Part shown: piece after piece, positions 18,100 through 27,460 of the stretch
Numbering within the stretch: position 1 is the first letter of the stretch
How the letters are laid out: the number at the start of each line of letters is the position of its first letter
Assembly (NCBI GenBank): GCA_034925865.1
Contig: JAYFRN010000043.1
Location: forward strand, 4,360-68,359
Reading direction: 5' to 3'
DNA length: 64,000 bases
DNA from: Oscillospiraceae bacterium
GTDB lineage: Bacteria > Bacillota > Clostridia > Oscillospirales > SIG627
The notes under the pieces: generated by a model
What the model was told of the DNA's origin: nothing
The model's database searches: none
Seen by the model: the letters and a program-made list of their open reading frames with translations, nothing else
Made by a program: the position numbers and the translations under genes

Positions 18100-19179
18100 T
18101 CAGAACAGAGTTTTGTCTGTAAGCACGGCGAAAACCACGAAACGATAATCATGCATGTTGACCATACATGTGCTGAGCGTTATTATCTTGTCTGTCGGCT
18201 TAAGAACGATATCGGTCTTAAATTTGCTTTGGGATTGTATTTCTTCTGCGAATTTTAAAAACTGATCATCGGATTCGAAATCCGTTCTGTAATAGTTATA
18301 TGTTGCCTGAAGCTCCGCGGCGCAGAACACACGATAATGGAAAATACCCTCGTTTGTCGTTATTTCAACAGTGCCGCTATCAAATATATTTTCATATTTG
18401 AATTGATGAAGATTGCCGAACATCGATCCGTCATCCATACGGTGAGCGTAAATGACCGTATTGCGGTTTTTGGTTAATTTTCTTGAATTTCTGTAGTCCA
18501 CAAATACCGCGCCGCAGGGTTGGTCGTCACCGTAGAAATTTTTCTCGAGATAGTCGCTGTTGTTATTTGTCTGAACAAGAGGATATGAAATTTTAGCAAC
18601 CGGAATGTATATATACCCGTACGTGTCGGGGTTGATCTGTTTTAATTGATTAATTTTAAACAGCGTCAGCTCCGTGGATATATCGGCTTGCTGGTTTGAA
18701 TCGTTCGGGGTGGGAGGTTCGGCTCCGCCCAAAGCATCATGAGCAGGCAGAGAAACAATATTCTCCGGTGATTTTACGAGATAGTGATTCGTAAACCTTC
18801 CGTTCCCGTTGAACATATCGGAAATATTATTATAAATACGCCGCCCGTCTATATAAGAAAATATACGGCTTACCAGATTGTATGAAGAATACAAGAAAAC
18901 GCCTGCGCATATGGCGAGAATGAGGTATCTGGCAATATCGAACGAACTGCCGGATTTTTTATTTGCATCCTTCGGAACGGCTGAGGTTATAACAAGCTCA
19001 TTAAATGAATCGTCAAAATTTTTCTTAATCAGTTCCGGCGATGCCGCTGTTTCTCTTTTGCCTTTATTAATTCTGCCATGACAAAAATCCGAGGCGGAAG
19101 GCTGGCACGCTTCGGATTTCCGGTTATCACAGAAGGAATTCAGGCTGGAGATGCTTCTTTTCGGAATTTTTTTATTCAT
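18100..19179 (-). CDS. class B sortase-like transpeptidase with long N-terminal region
   Basis: IYIPVAKISYPLVQ, VIYAHRMDDGSMFGNL (catalytic His region), ITLSTC (catalytic Cys). ATG 19179 is preferred over the track TTG 19233. Confidence 0.7.
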   Translation of the reverse strand: MNKKIPKRSISSLNSFCDNRKSEACQPSASDFCHGRINKGKRETAASPELIKKNFDDSFNELVITSAVPKDANKKSGSSFDIARYLILAICAGVFLYSSYNLVSRIFSYIDGRRIYNNISDMFNGNGRFTNHYLVKSPENIVSLPAHDALGGAEPPTPNDSNQQADISTELTLFKINQLKQINPDTYGYIYIPVAKISYPLVQTNNNSDYLEKNFYGDDQPCGAVFVDYRNSRKLTKNRNTVIYAHRMDDGSMFGNLHQFKYENIFDSGTVEITTNEGIFHYRVFCAAELQATYNYYRTDFESDDQFLKFAEEIQSQSKFKTDIVLKPTDKIITLSTCMVNMHDYRFVVFAVLTDKTLF

Positions 19180-19445
19180 GGCAATAACTTCTTTGCAAGA
19201 AAATAAATTCTGAAAGTGCTGTTTTAAGGTCAAATCTGTTAAAACGCTTATTTATATGGTATTGTCATTGAAATGAAATATCGCGCTTTCTTAAATTATA
19301 TATCCCCTATAAACAAAATTCAACAGTACAGGATGATAGTTTCTAAAAAATTTCGATACAGTTCATATTACTGCCCGATTAAATATATACAGATTCTATA
19401 CAAATGAAAATGTAACCGTACAAATACAATGATGAAGGATTATTG

Positions 19446-19553
19446 TTATTGAAATGGCAATTAAATAAGCCTTATTTTATAGAGAGAAAAGCCCATATGC
19501 CAGAGTCTTTTCTCTTTAAGCGGCAGTTATTTAATTGCCGCGTTAATAATAAA
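19446..19553. repeat. palindromic intergenic repeat, copy B (full length)
   Basis: Perfect 13-nt inverted arms GGCAATTAAATAA (19456-19468) / TTATTTAATTGCC (19528-19540). Inner hairpin AGAGAGAAAAG...CTTTTCTCT. Flank GCGTTAATAA. Confidence 0.75.
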
Positions 19554-19623
19554 CCAATTGGGAAAGCTATTTCGCAGGTTTCGGATTGTTTTACGGCTTA
19601 TACGTGTTTTATAACATTGTTTT

Positions 19624-20436
19624 TTATGACATTGCGATTGTGCAAATATCCCTTACTCCGTTGCAGACATATGTCGGCGTGTAAGGGTATGATGATAGAT
19701 CCTCCGCGGCGGTGACGCCCGAAAGCACGAGTATTGTATCAAGCTCTGTTTGCACACCTGCTATTATATCGGTATCCATGCGGTCGCCGATGATCACCGA
19801 TTCCTCTCTGTGGCATCCAAGCTTGCGCATGGCGTGGCGCATTATAAGCGGATTCGGTTTTCCAATAAAATATGCTGCTTTTCCCGTCGCCAGCTCTATC
19901 GGAGATATAAGCGCACGGCAGGCGGGTATTATTCCTTCGTTTGACGGCCCTGTGAGGTCGGTATTCGTACCGATCAGCTTTGCTCCGTTTCTGACGAGCT
20001 TGACAGCGTGTGCAATTTTTTCGTAATTATACGTATGTGATTCTCCGACAATGACATAGTCGGGGTTATAATCGTTCATACTTATTCCCGCTTCGTAAAG
20101 AGCGTAAACGAGTCCGGGCTCTCCGATTACATACGCGCTGCCTCCCGGGCATTGCGAAGAGAGAAACGATGCGGTCGCAAGCGCCGACGTATAAAAATGT
20201 ATGGGTTCAATATCAAGACCCAGGCGCTGCATTTTACGCGAAAGTTCAACCGGTGCCCGTTCGCTGCTGTTAGTCAAAAATAAAAAAGATTTATTTTCCC
20301 GTCTTAACCATGAGACAAATTCCGTAACTCCGTCGAGAAGTCTGTCGCCGTGATATATTACACCGTCCATGTCGCATATAAAGCCGATTTTTTTATCAAT
20401 CAGCTCCTTAAACTGTTCTCTTGTTATATTATTCAT
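19624..20436 (-). CDS. HAD-IIA family phosphatase (NagD-like)
   Basis: FICDMDGVIYHG (DxDG nucleophile motif), FLFLTNSS, GKP, IGDRMDTDI. ATG 20436 with GAAAGG RBS is preferred over the track GTG 20460. Confidence 0.75.
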   Translation of the reverse strand: MNNITREQFKELIDKKIGFICDMDGVIYHGDRLLDGVTEFVSWLRRENKSFLFLTNSSERAPVELSRKMQRLGLDIEPIHFYTSALATASFLSSQCPGGSAYVIGEPGLVYALYEAGISMNDYNPDYVIVGESHTYNYEKIAHAVKLVRNGAKLIGTNTDLTGPSNEGIIPACRALISPIELATGKAAYFIGKPNPLIMRHAMRKLGCHREESVIIGDRMDTDIIAGVQTELDTILVLSGVTAAEDLSSYPYTPTYVCNGVRDICTIAMS

Positions 20437-20563
20437 ACAAAAATATTGCCTTTCAGACACAACATGTGTTTTTCATACATTCTGTTTTATAATTTTAACA
20501 TATAAAGCTATGGAATTCAATAAAAATATTTAAGGGTTGTCTATTTAAAAAAAGCCGGTCTTA

Positions 20564-20625
20564 TGCTATAATAACTCATGGAGCGTGTGCGGCTCCCAAA
20601 CTGAGGCGCTATCGCGCCTTTTTTG
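20564..20625 (+). promoter_or_regulatory. extended -10 promoter plus leader hairpins/terminator upstream of pyrB
   Basis: TGCTATAAT at 20564-20572. Hairpin GGAGC...GCTCC (20580-20596). Then AGGCGC-TATC-GCGCCT followed by TTTTTT (20604-20625). No plus-strand gene ends upstream. Confidence 0.35.
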
Positions 20626-20705
20626 AAGCCGGAATTTTGTTTTCGCTGTCCGTCCGGAGAGCGAGCTCGCCTTATCAATACTGCGGAGGAAAAATAAACG
20701 CAATT

Positions 20706-21797
20706 ATGATTAAAGATAGCGATCGCATAAAAGTGGAATTTTCGCATCTTACGGATTTCAGAGACATAACGGCCGAAGAATGGAATATGCTTTACGCTCT
20801 TGCTTCGGATATATATGAGCATCCTGCTGATTATGCCGGCGTTTGCTCCGGAAAGCTTCTGGGCACGCTGTTTTACGAGCCGAGCACCAGGACACAGCTT
20901 TCGTTTCAAGCGGCGATGATTCGCCTTGGCGGAAATGTCATTGGCTTTTCCGATCCCGCGCGTTCATCGGTTTCGAAGGGCGAATCCTTAGTTGATACGA
21001 TCAGGATAATTTCTGGATATTGCGATTTACTGGCAATGCGTACGGCGGTCGAAGGCAGCGCGCTTGCCGCTTCGTATTATTCATCTGTTCCGGTTATCAA
21101 TGCCGGAGACGGCGGACATCTTCACCCCACCCAGACATTGACGGATTTGTTCACCATCACCAGATTGAAAGGTACTCTTACAGGACTTTGCATAGGTATC
21201 TGCGGTGATTTGCTCAACGGGCGTACGGTCCATTCACTTGCCGGTGCTCTTTCGAGATATCATGGCAATACGATCTATTTAATTTCAACCGGTGAGCTTA
21301 AAATACCGATGTGGTGTCAAAAGCTGTTGATTTCCAGCGGCAACCGCATAATCGAAACGCAGAGCCTTGAGGAATGCATTCCGCGGCTTGATGTTTTATA
21401 TATGACTCGTATCCAAAAAGAGAGATTCAATTCTGAATCCGAATATATCGCTCAGTCAAAGGTATACCGGCTTGACGAGGACAAGCTTTATTTTGCCAAG
21501 AAGGATCTATTAATTATGCATCCGCTTCCCAAGGTGGATGAAATTGTCCCCGCCGTTGACGACGATCCCCGAGCCGGTTATTTCGATCAGGCGCGATTCG
21601 GCATGTACGTCAGGATGGCTCTTATCATCTCACTGTGTGAAAAGCCCTTTGTTAAAAAGCCAAGCCCTCGCGCTTTCACCGGAACCCGAAAATGCACGAA
21701 TCCTAAATGCGTCACCGCGTTTGAACATTATCTGCAGCCTTTTATGCGCCGTGACGGAGATGAAATCAGATGTGTATACTGCGATAAAAAAATATGA
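20706..21797 (+). CDS. pyrB: aspartate carbamoyltransferase catalytic chain fused to a PyrI-type zinc-binding tail
   Basis: FYEPSTRTQLSF, HPTQTLTDL, MHPLPKVDEI. The last ~45 aa, KCTNPKCVTAFEHYLQPF...IRCVYCDKKI, carry the 4-Cys PyrI zinc-domain pattern. GGAGGA RBS before ATG 20706. Confidence 0.85.
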   Translation: MIKDSDRIKVEFSHLTDFRDITAEEWNMLYALASDIYEHPADYAGVCSGKLLGTLFYEPSTRTQLSFQAAMIRLGGNVIGFSDPARSSVSKGESLVDTIRIISGYCDLLAMRTAVEGSALAASYYSSVPVINAGDGGHLHPTQTLTDLFTITRLKGTLTGLCIGICGDLLNGRTVHSLAGALSRYHGNTIYLISTGELKIPMWCQKLLISSGNRIIETQSLEECIPRLDVLYMTRIQKERFNSESEYIAQSKVYRLDEDKLYFAKKDLLIMHPLPKVDEIVPAVDDDPRAGYFDQARFGMYVRMALIISLCEKPFVKKPSPRAFTGTRKCTNPKCVTAFEHYLQPFMRRDGDEIRCVYCDKKI

Positions 21798-21822
21798 TGT
21801 ATTAAAAAGGAGAGCTTATGTT

Positions 21823-22881
21823 ATGAAACATATAATCGCTGCCGCCGTGTCTATGCTGCTTTTATTCGCTTTTTTTGTTGATACAGCGATCGCCGGGCAA
21901 AACGTCAGCTCTCTGTTTGTGGCAGGGGATTCTATTTCGACCGGCTATAATCTTGAAAATTATTTTTCAAAAGGCAGAGAGTTTACCTATAATTATGCAA
22001 ACAGGCTGAAGACTGAATATTCCTGTCCGCTTGTCAACCGCGCGATAGACGGTCAGAAGGCTTCTCAGCTTTCGGATGATTTTCTTAACGGCGAATACGA
22101 TAATGATATATCCGGTTGCGGTGTGTTTATCATGTCAATCGGCGCCAACGATTATCTCGGTGCTCTTCAGGTATTCCTTTCGGCATCCGGTTCCTCAATT
22201 GATTTTTCACGCCTTGCAGACCGTGAATATCTGAATTCACTTGCTGAAGTTTTTGCGTCACCATTGCTTGCGGCGGCTTTTTCCGGGCTGGATGAATCGG
22301 TATATGACAACATTATAAATATCATATCGCGTATAAAAAATATCAATCCCGACGCTCTTGTGATTGTACACACGATATATAATCCCTTTGACGGAATTGA
22401 TGGCATGGACTTACTTGCGCAGCTTATGAACGGATATCTTGATCTTGTGAATGGTCGTATCCGTGACGGAGCGCAGGAAAACGGATATACATATATTGAT
22501 GTCTGCGCGGCTTTTGCGGGAAAAGCGTCGCAGTATATAATACGCGGTGATATTCACCCGACATTATCCGGTCATGAGCTCATCGCCTCATTATGTAAAG
22601 AAAAAATTGATGATTATTGCTCTGAATCAGTTGATTCTTCCAATGATGCCGGAAATATTCCACCTGCCCAGACTCAGACCACAGACATTGAAACGGAAGA
22701 AAACACCGCCGATGATTATGTGACTCAAACCGATATGGGCGATATTAACGACCCGGGAGCGGATCAGGATGAAATAAAGGATAATAAAATAACAAAAATA
22801 TTTATTTCAATATGCGCGGTCATAGCTCTTGCTGCGGTTGCATCAGCTGTTATATTGCATAAAAAAGGCAAAAAACGATGA
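21823..22881 (+). CDS. SGNH/GDSL hydrolase, secreted with C-terminal membrane anchor
   Basis: AAAGGAGAG RBS. Signal peptide, FVAGDSISTGYN (block I Ser), GANDY (block III), DIHPT (block V). Acidic linker and C-terminal TM plus KKGKKR. Confidence 0.7.
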   Translation: MKHIIAAAVSMLLLFAFFVDTAIAGQNVSSLFVAGDSISTGYNLENYFSKGREFTYNYANRLKTEYSCPLVNRAIDGQKASQLSDDFLNGEYDNDISGCGVFIMSIGANDYLGALQVFLSASGSSIDFSRLADREYLNSLAEVFASPLLAAAFSGLDESVYDNIINIISRIKNINPDALVIVHTIYNPFDGIDGMDLLAQLMNGYLDLVNGRIRDGAQENGYTYIDVCAAFAGKASQYIIRGDIHPTLSGHELIASLCKEKIDDYCSESVDSSNDAGNIPPAQTQTTDIETEENTADDYVTQTDMGDINDPGADQDEIKDNKITKIFISICAVIALAAVASAVILHKKGKKR

Positions 22882-23882
22882 AATTTAAATTGAAAATAGG
22901 TCCAAGCTCTGAAAGCGATATAATTCTGCCGCGTAAAATCGCGGAGCTTCTTCCGGGTACGGATATTGTCGAATCTAAGCTTATAATATATTTATACGCC
23001 GCTTGTTCAGACGGTCTATCGCAGTTTGATGCTGCTTCTTTATCCGGAAAGCTTCCGGAGGAATTTGAAAAAGATGAAATTGCGCGCGCTCTCAGCTTTT
23101 GGCGCGGCGCCGGAGTTATAGAGATCGCTGGGAAAAAAGCGCCAAAAATTGCTGATATGCTTCCCGTGGAAACGGATAAAACCAAGATAACAGTTACTTC
23201 CGGCTTGCAGACGCGCGCTCCGCTTTTTGATCCCGAGAAAAAACCTTGTTATACCTCAGAGGAACTGTCAGCGGCGATCGATAATAAAAAAGAATTTAAA
23301 CAGCTGCTGGCATTTACAGAAACTCGTGTTAAAAAGCCGCTTAATACCACCGAGCTTTCCATACTGTATTCGTTTTACGATTATCTGGCTCTTCCCACGG
23401 ATGTTATAATGCTTGCCACCGAGCATTGTGTTGCTGAAGGAAAGAAATCGCTCAGATATATCGAAAAGCTGCTTATTGCGTTTTGTGAAAACGGAATCAA
23501 TACATACGACGCCGCTGAAGCTTATATACAGCGGTATGTTAAATACAAGAGCTTTGAAGGAAAGCTGCGTGCTATGTGCGGTATCGGCGAACGTGAGCTT
23601 ACCAAAAATGAAAAGACCGCCGTCGGCGAATGGTCACAGGATAAATTCTATACTGACGAGCTTATTAAATGCGCTTATGAAATAACGGTCAACGCTATAA
23701 ACAAACCTTCCATATCATATATGAAAAAGGTCATGGATCGCTGGCGCGCCGACGGAATCGACACGCCGGAAAAGGTTGCCGAAGAATATTCTAAATCGAA
23801 ATCAGCTGCTTCGTCATGTGATCGTAGCTTTGATACAGGCGATTTCTTTCAGGCGGCTGTTGAAAAGGCCAGACGTGCCTGA
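22878..23882 (+). CDS. DnaD-domain replication/primosome protein
   Basis: ELSILYSFYDYLALPTDVIMLATEHCVAEGKKSLRYIEKLL is typical of the DnaD/DnaB_2 C-terminal domain. The start overlaps the upstream stop (ATGA). Confidence 0.7.
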   Translation: MKFKLKIGPSSESDIILPRKIAELLPGTDIVESKLIIYLYAACSDGLSQFDAASLSGKLPEEFEKDEIARALSFWRGAGVIEIAGKKAPKIADMLPVETDKTKITVTSGLQTRAPLFDPEKKPCYTSEELSAAIDNKKEFKQLLAFTETRVKKPLNTTELSILYSFYDYLALPTDVIMLATEHCVAEGKKSLRYIEKLLIAFCENGINTYDAAEAYIQRYVKYKSFEGKLRAMCGIGERELTKNEKTAVGEWSQDKFYTDELIKCAYEITVNAINKPSISYMKKVMDRWRADGIDTPEKVAEEYSKSKSAASSCDRSFDTGDFFQAAVEKARRA

Positions 23883-24046
23883 TTATAAGAAACGCAGCTT
23901 CTTCGAAAAGCCTATGTCAAGAAACTCAATTAAATATAAGCGAATTAAATACAGCGAGACCCATTATTGAAGTTTTTGCAGAGCTTTTTAAAAAGCAACC
24001 GTATCTCCGCCTCCTCTCTTAGAAATAATGTAAAGGTGTAAAAGCC

Positions 24047-25021
24047 ATGAGCTACAGCAGAGAAACAATCATCCGCGTTACCGATATGTTTAAAACAAAG
24101 CCGGCAAACGCGCGCGCCATGGCGCAGAAGCGTCGGGAAGAAGTAAGCAGTCTTTTCCCCGAGATTAAAAATATTGATATGAAGCTTGAAAAGACGGGAT
24201 CGAAAATATTCGCGGCCATTTCGGCCGGCGGTTCGGATATGAACGCAAAGCTTGAGGAACTTAAGAAAGAAAACCTGATGCTGCAGGCTGAGAAGGGCGA
24301 TATTCTTGCTTCTCACGGCTTTCCGAGGGATTATACTCATGTAAAATACGAATGCAATTTATGTTCTGACACGGGATATGTCGGCATAGATATGTGTTCG
24401 TGTATGAAAAAAGCTTTAAACGAGGACAGCTTTTTATCGAGTGGTCTCGGCAGACTGGCTCAGACGCAGGATTTTACTAATTTTGCGTTTTCCCGCTTCA
24501 CAAAAACGCCTAAAGCAGGCAAACAAGCCTCCGAATATGACATAATGCTGACTAATTACAATTCATGTCTCGCATATGCCGATTCCTTTGGAAATGAAAG
24601 CGGCTCTCTATTATTTATCGGAGGAACAGGGCTGGGAAAAACTCATCTGTCCGGCGCAATAGGGAAAGCTGTGATAAAAAAAGGCTATCACACCGTTTAC
24701 GAAAGCGCACCGAACATACTTCTTGCTTTCGAACGAGAAAGGTTCGGTAAAAGTCAGGATATTGACACAGGCAAATATTTTACCTGTGATCTGCTGATAA
24801 TAGACGACCTCGGAACAGAATTTGCTAACCGCGTGGCTTTATCTGATATATACAATATTATCAATTCCCGTCTGGTTGACGGCCGTCCGATGATAATAAG
24901 CACTAATTTAAATTATGTGCAGCTTGAAAAGCAGTATGAACCACGTATGATTTCCAGATTGTTCGGAGAATTCAAGGTGCTTTTATTTGAAGGAGTGGAT
25001 TACCGCCGGGCAAAGGTCTGA
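24047..25021 (+). CDS. DnaC/DnaI-like helicase-loader AAA+ ATPase
   Basis: Zinc-like CNLCSDTGY...CSC, Walker A GGTGLGKTHL, Walker B LLIIDDLGTE. Confidence 0.75.
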   Translation: MSYSRETIIRVTDMFKTKPANARAMAQKRREEVSSLFPEIKNIDMKLEKTGSKIFAAISAGGSDMNAKLEELKKENLMLQAEKGDILASHGFPRDYTHVKYECNLCSDTGYVGIDMCSCMKKALNEDSFLSSGLGRLAQTQDFTNFAFSRFTKTPKAGKQASEYDIMLTNYNSCLAYADSFGNESGSLLFIGGTGLGKTHLSGAIGKAVIKKGYHTVYESAPNILLAFERERFGKSQDIDTGKYFTCDLLIIDDLGTEFANRVALSDIYNIINSRLVDGRPMIISTNLNYVQLEKQYEPRMISRLFGEFKVLLFEGVDYRRAKV

Positions 25022-25098
25022 CAGTTTTATAAAAGAAAAAGCCCGCGGCTTTATGGGCTGGGGCTTTTTCTTATGCCATGTCTTTGAGCTTTGTTTGC

Positions 25099-25857
25099 TT
25101 AACCGAAGTAAGGTTCCGGGTCGACTTCGACTCCGTTTAGCAGTACTGAAAAGTGGAGATGGGGCAATTCCGCGCATTCAATAAGAGCGCTTTCGCCGAC
25201 TCCGGCGATTATTTGTCCTGTGCTCACACGCACTCCCTCTCCTATTTCCTGCGGGAAAACGTCGGATAGATTCTGATAAACCGATTTCAGTCCGTTTTCA
25301 TGATTAATTGTGATTGTATATCCCATCAGGGGATCTTCGGTAATGCTTTCTACAAATCCGTCTGAAAAGCATTTAACGCCGTCACCGACGGAGCAGGGGA
25401 TGTCCACACCGTTGTGAACTCTGTAATCATTCATTGTGGTGGAAAATACGAGCGTATCGCCTGAAAAAGCTTTGGAAACCGTACCGTTTATCGGTTTTGC
25501 GTAGGTTCTTACATAGGGCGGGTCAACCGATACCGGCTTGTCCTGGGTATTGTTATTTTCTCCGGCCGGATTTGTTTCAACAGGATTATCTACCGGGTTT
25601 TCGTTGTTATTGCCTGTCTGGGCCGCCGGAGCATCGTTTGTCTGAGGATTGTCTACCGGAGATTGGGTTTGCGGAGGGTTTACGGCTGAAATCGGGGGAG
25701 TGTTACCGGGATTGGAAATATCGAACATGTTTTTTATCGCCGAATAAGTGGCGATACATATGACGGCGAGAATACACAGCGCAAGGGCTATGTATAAGCC
25801 CCCGCCCTGAGCCACGCCGCGTTTCTTAGACGGCTTTTTGTTTTTATTGTCCTGCAT
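25099..25857 (-). CDS. M23 family metallopeptidase, membrane anchored
   Basis: HNGVDI and HLHFSVLLNGVEVDP motifs. GAGGAG RBS before ATG 25857; the track start is 25887. Confidence 0.8.
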   Translation of the reverse strand: MQDNKNKKPSKKRGVAQGGGLYIALALCILAVICIATYSAIKNMFDISNPGNTPPISAVNPPQTQSPVDNPQTNDAPAAQTGNNNENPVDNPVETNPAGENNNTQDKPVSVDPPYVRTYAKPINGTVSKAFSGDTLVFSTTMNDYRVHNGVDIPCSVGDGVKCFSDGFVESITEDPLMGYTITINHENGLKSVYQNLSDVFPQEIGEGVRVSTGQIIAGVGESALIECAELPHLHFSVLLNGVEVDPEPYFG

Positions 25858-25913
25858 CGGAAAATCTCCTCTTCTTTTTTTCGTCATGCTTAGTTTATCC
25901 CATGTAATGCGTT

Positions 25914-27074
25914 TTATTCAAAAAGATTGCGAATTTCATTGACGAGATATTGTGCTTCTTTAATCGTGTTGGAAATGCCGACACTTATTCTGACTGCACC
26001 GTTCGAAGACGTCTTTATGGCCGTATGCGCTTTCGGCGCGCAGTGCATGCCGCCCCTGACACAGATTCCTCTGCTGTTCAACATATCACAGGCAATTTCG
26101 CATGACATTTTTGTATTGAACAAAATTATGCTTCCGCCGCAATCCGGCGAATACAATCGAATGGATTTCATTTCACTCAGCTGATCATAGATAAAATGTG
26201 TCAGATCTGCTTCATGCTTTCTTATGCTGTCGGTTCCTGTACGATTTATTAATTCAATACCTTTACCGAGAGCTATTATTGCAGGAACCCCGGGAGTGCC
26301 CGCTTCAAACCGCTCCGGCGGTTCCTGAGGCATCGTATGGAGCTGCGGATTGACTCCGCTTCCGCCGAACATGGTTGAATCAGGCATTATACGCGATGTG
26401 TCAGACAAGATCATCGCTCCGCACCCCATGATTCCCAGCAGTCCTTTATGTCCCGGAACGCAGAGTATGTCTGCTCCCGAATCAGGCAGAGAAAATGGAA
26501 AATGCCCGGCTGCCTGCGAACCGTCTAATATAAAGGGTATATCAAGCCGTTTTGCAATTTCGCCGATCTCGCAATAAGGCGATGTTTCACCGGTTGTGTT
26601 TGTGCATGCGGAAAGGCATATCATTCCGGTCTGTTTATCGGCAAGCGACATAAGCTGAGAAATTACGGCATCTCTGTTTGAAAATGGAGCGCTTATGAAT
26701 TTGATATCAATATTATATCCATCTTTTAACGCGTAAAGCGGTCTTAAGATAGAATTATGCTCCCAAACAGAGGTTATTACGTTAAATCCCCATCCTTTGA
26801 CCGCGGCGATTGCCGAAGCGGAGCCAAGTATGGCTTCATTAAGCGCGCTGGTTGCATTATACGTGAATGCTGCATTTTCCGGCGAATTAACTCCAAAAAA
26901 CAAACAAAGATCTTTGCGTATATTATATATTGCTTCGGATGTATTTATCGCGGGATCATGGCCGCTGCGCCCCGGGTTTCCAAACGGTCCACGCAGAAAT
27001 AATTCCACTGCTTTCGTCACTTCCGCGGAGACCGGGTATGAGGTCGCAGCATTATCAAAATATATGGGTTTCAT
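25914..27074 (-). CDS. class V aminotransferase-fold cysteine desulfurase
   Basis: NAATSYP, EHNS, CVPGHKGLLG (PLP Lys), and C-terminal GMHCAP with the active-site Cys. Confidence 0.8.
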   Translation of the reverse strand: MKPIYFDNAATSYPVSAEVTKAVELFLRGPFGNPGRSGHDPAINTSEAIYNIRKDLCLFFGVNSPENAAFTYNATSALNEAILGSASAIAAVKGWGFNVITSVWEHNSILRPLYALKDGYNIDIKFISAPFSNRDAVISQLMSLADKQTGMICLSACTNTTGETSPYCEIGEIAKRLDIPFILDGSQAAGHFPFSLPDSGADILCVPGHKGLLGIMGCGAMILSDTSRIMPDSTMFGGSGVNPQLHTMPQEPPERFEAGTPGVPAIIALGKGIELINRTGTDSIRKHEADLTHFIYDQLSEMKSIRLYSPDCGGSIILFNTKMSCEIACDMLNSRGICVRGGMHCAPKAHTAIKTSSNGAVRISVGISNTIKEAQYLVNEIRNLFE

Positions 27075-27289
27075 TATTTCACCCCTGAAAGCTTGACGCC
27101 GCCCTCGCTTAATATCCGTATTATTTCGTCACGGGACGATGCTGTTACATAAATTCCATAACCGCACGAATGCTCCGGCGAGCGAACGACGCGGCATTTA
27201 ATGCCTTTTAAATTGAGTAAGGTATTGGCTTTGTGCGCATATGTCACAGAGTTCATTCCTATATAGAAAGTATCCAAATTATAATTCAT
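27074..27289 (-). CDS. DUF3343-like putative S/Se carrier protein (71 aa)
   Basis: Small ORF abutting the desulfurase start. The ~70-aa size and HSCGYGI motif fit the DUF3343 family commonly paired with desulfurases (from memory). Confidence 0.55.
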   Translation of the reverse strand: MNYNLDTFYIGMNSVTYAHKANTLLNLKGIKCRVVRSPEHSCGYGIYVTASSRDEIIRILSEGGVKLSGVK

Positions 27290-27460
27290 TCCTTTCAGCG
27301 CTGTATATCGGAATAATACGCGTAATATTATTTTATTGCCTTTCAGTTATTGAAAACTTCGTAATGTTCGCACATGCTTCCGAAGACGTTTTGCGCGTTT
27401 TACTATAATATATGATATGCCCGTTGAACTGAAACTGATTATTCTCAAGGAGACAGAATT

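Noticed and set aside
19443-19715. 90-aa ORF spanning repeat copy B.
   Set aside because: It is built from the palindromic repeat and the antisense of the HAD gene's 3' end, with no RBS. The same repeat elsewhere is not in any conserved frame.
20653-20667. PyrR binding-loop-like string TCCGGAGAGCGAGCT upstream of pyrB.
   Set aside because: It matches the remembered consensus (TCCAGAGAGGCT) only partially. It also lies downstream of the leader terminator, which does not fit the PyrR anti-antiterminator arrangement.
21538-21822. Upstream 95-codon extension of the SGNH hydrolase ORF overlapping the pyrB 3' end.
   Set aside because: The extension is an out-of-frame read-through of pyrB. A strong AAAGGAGAG RBS and a signal peptide start at ATG 21823.
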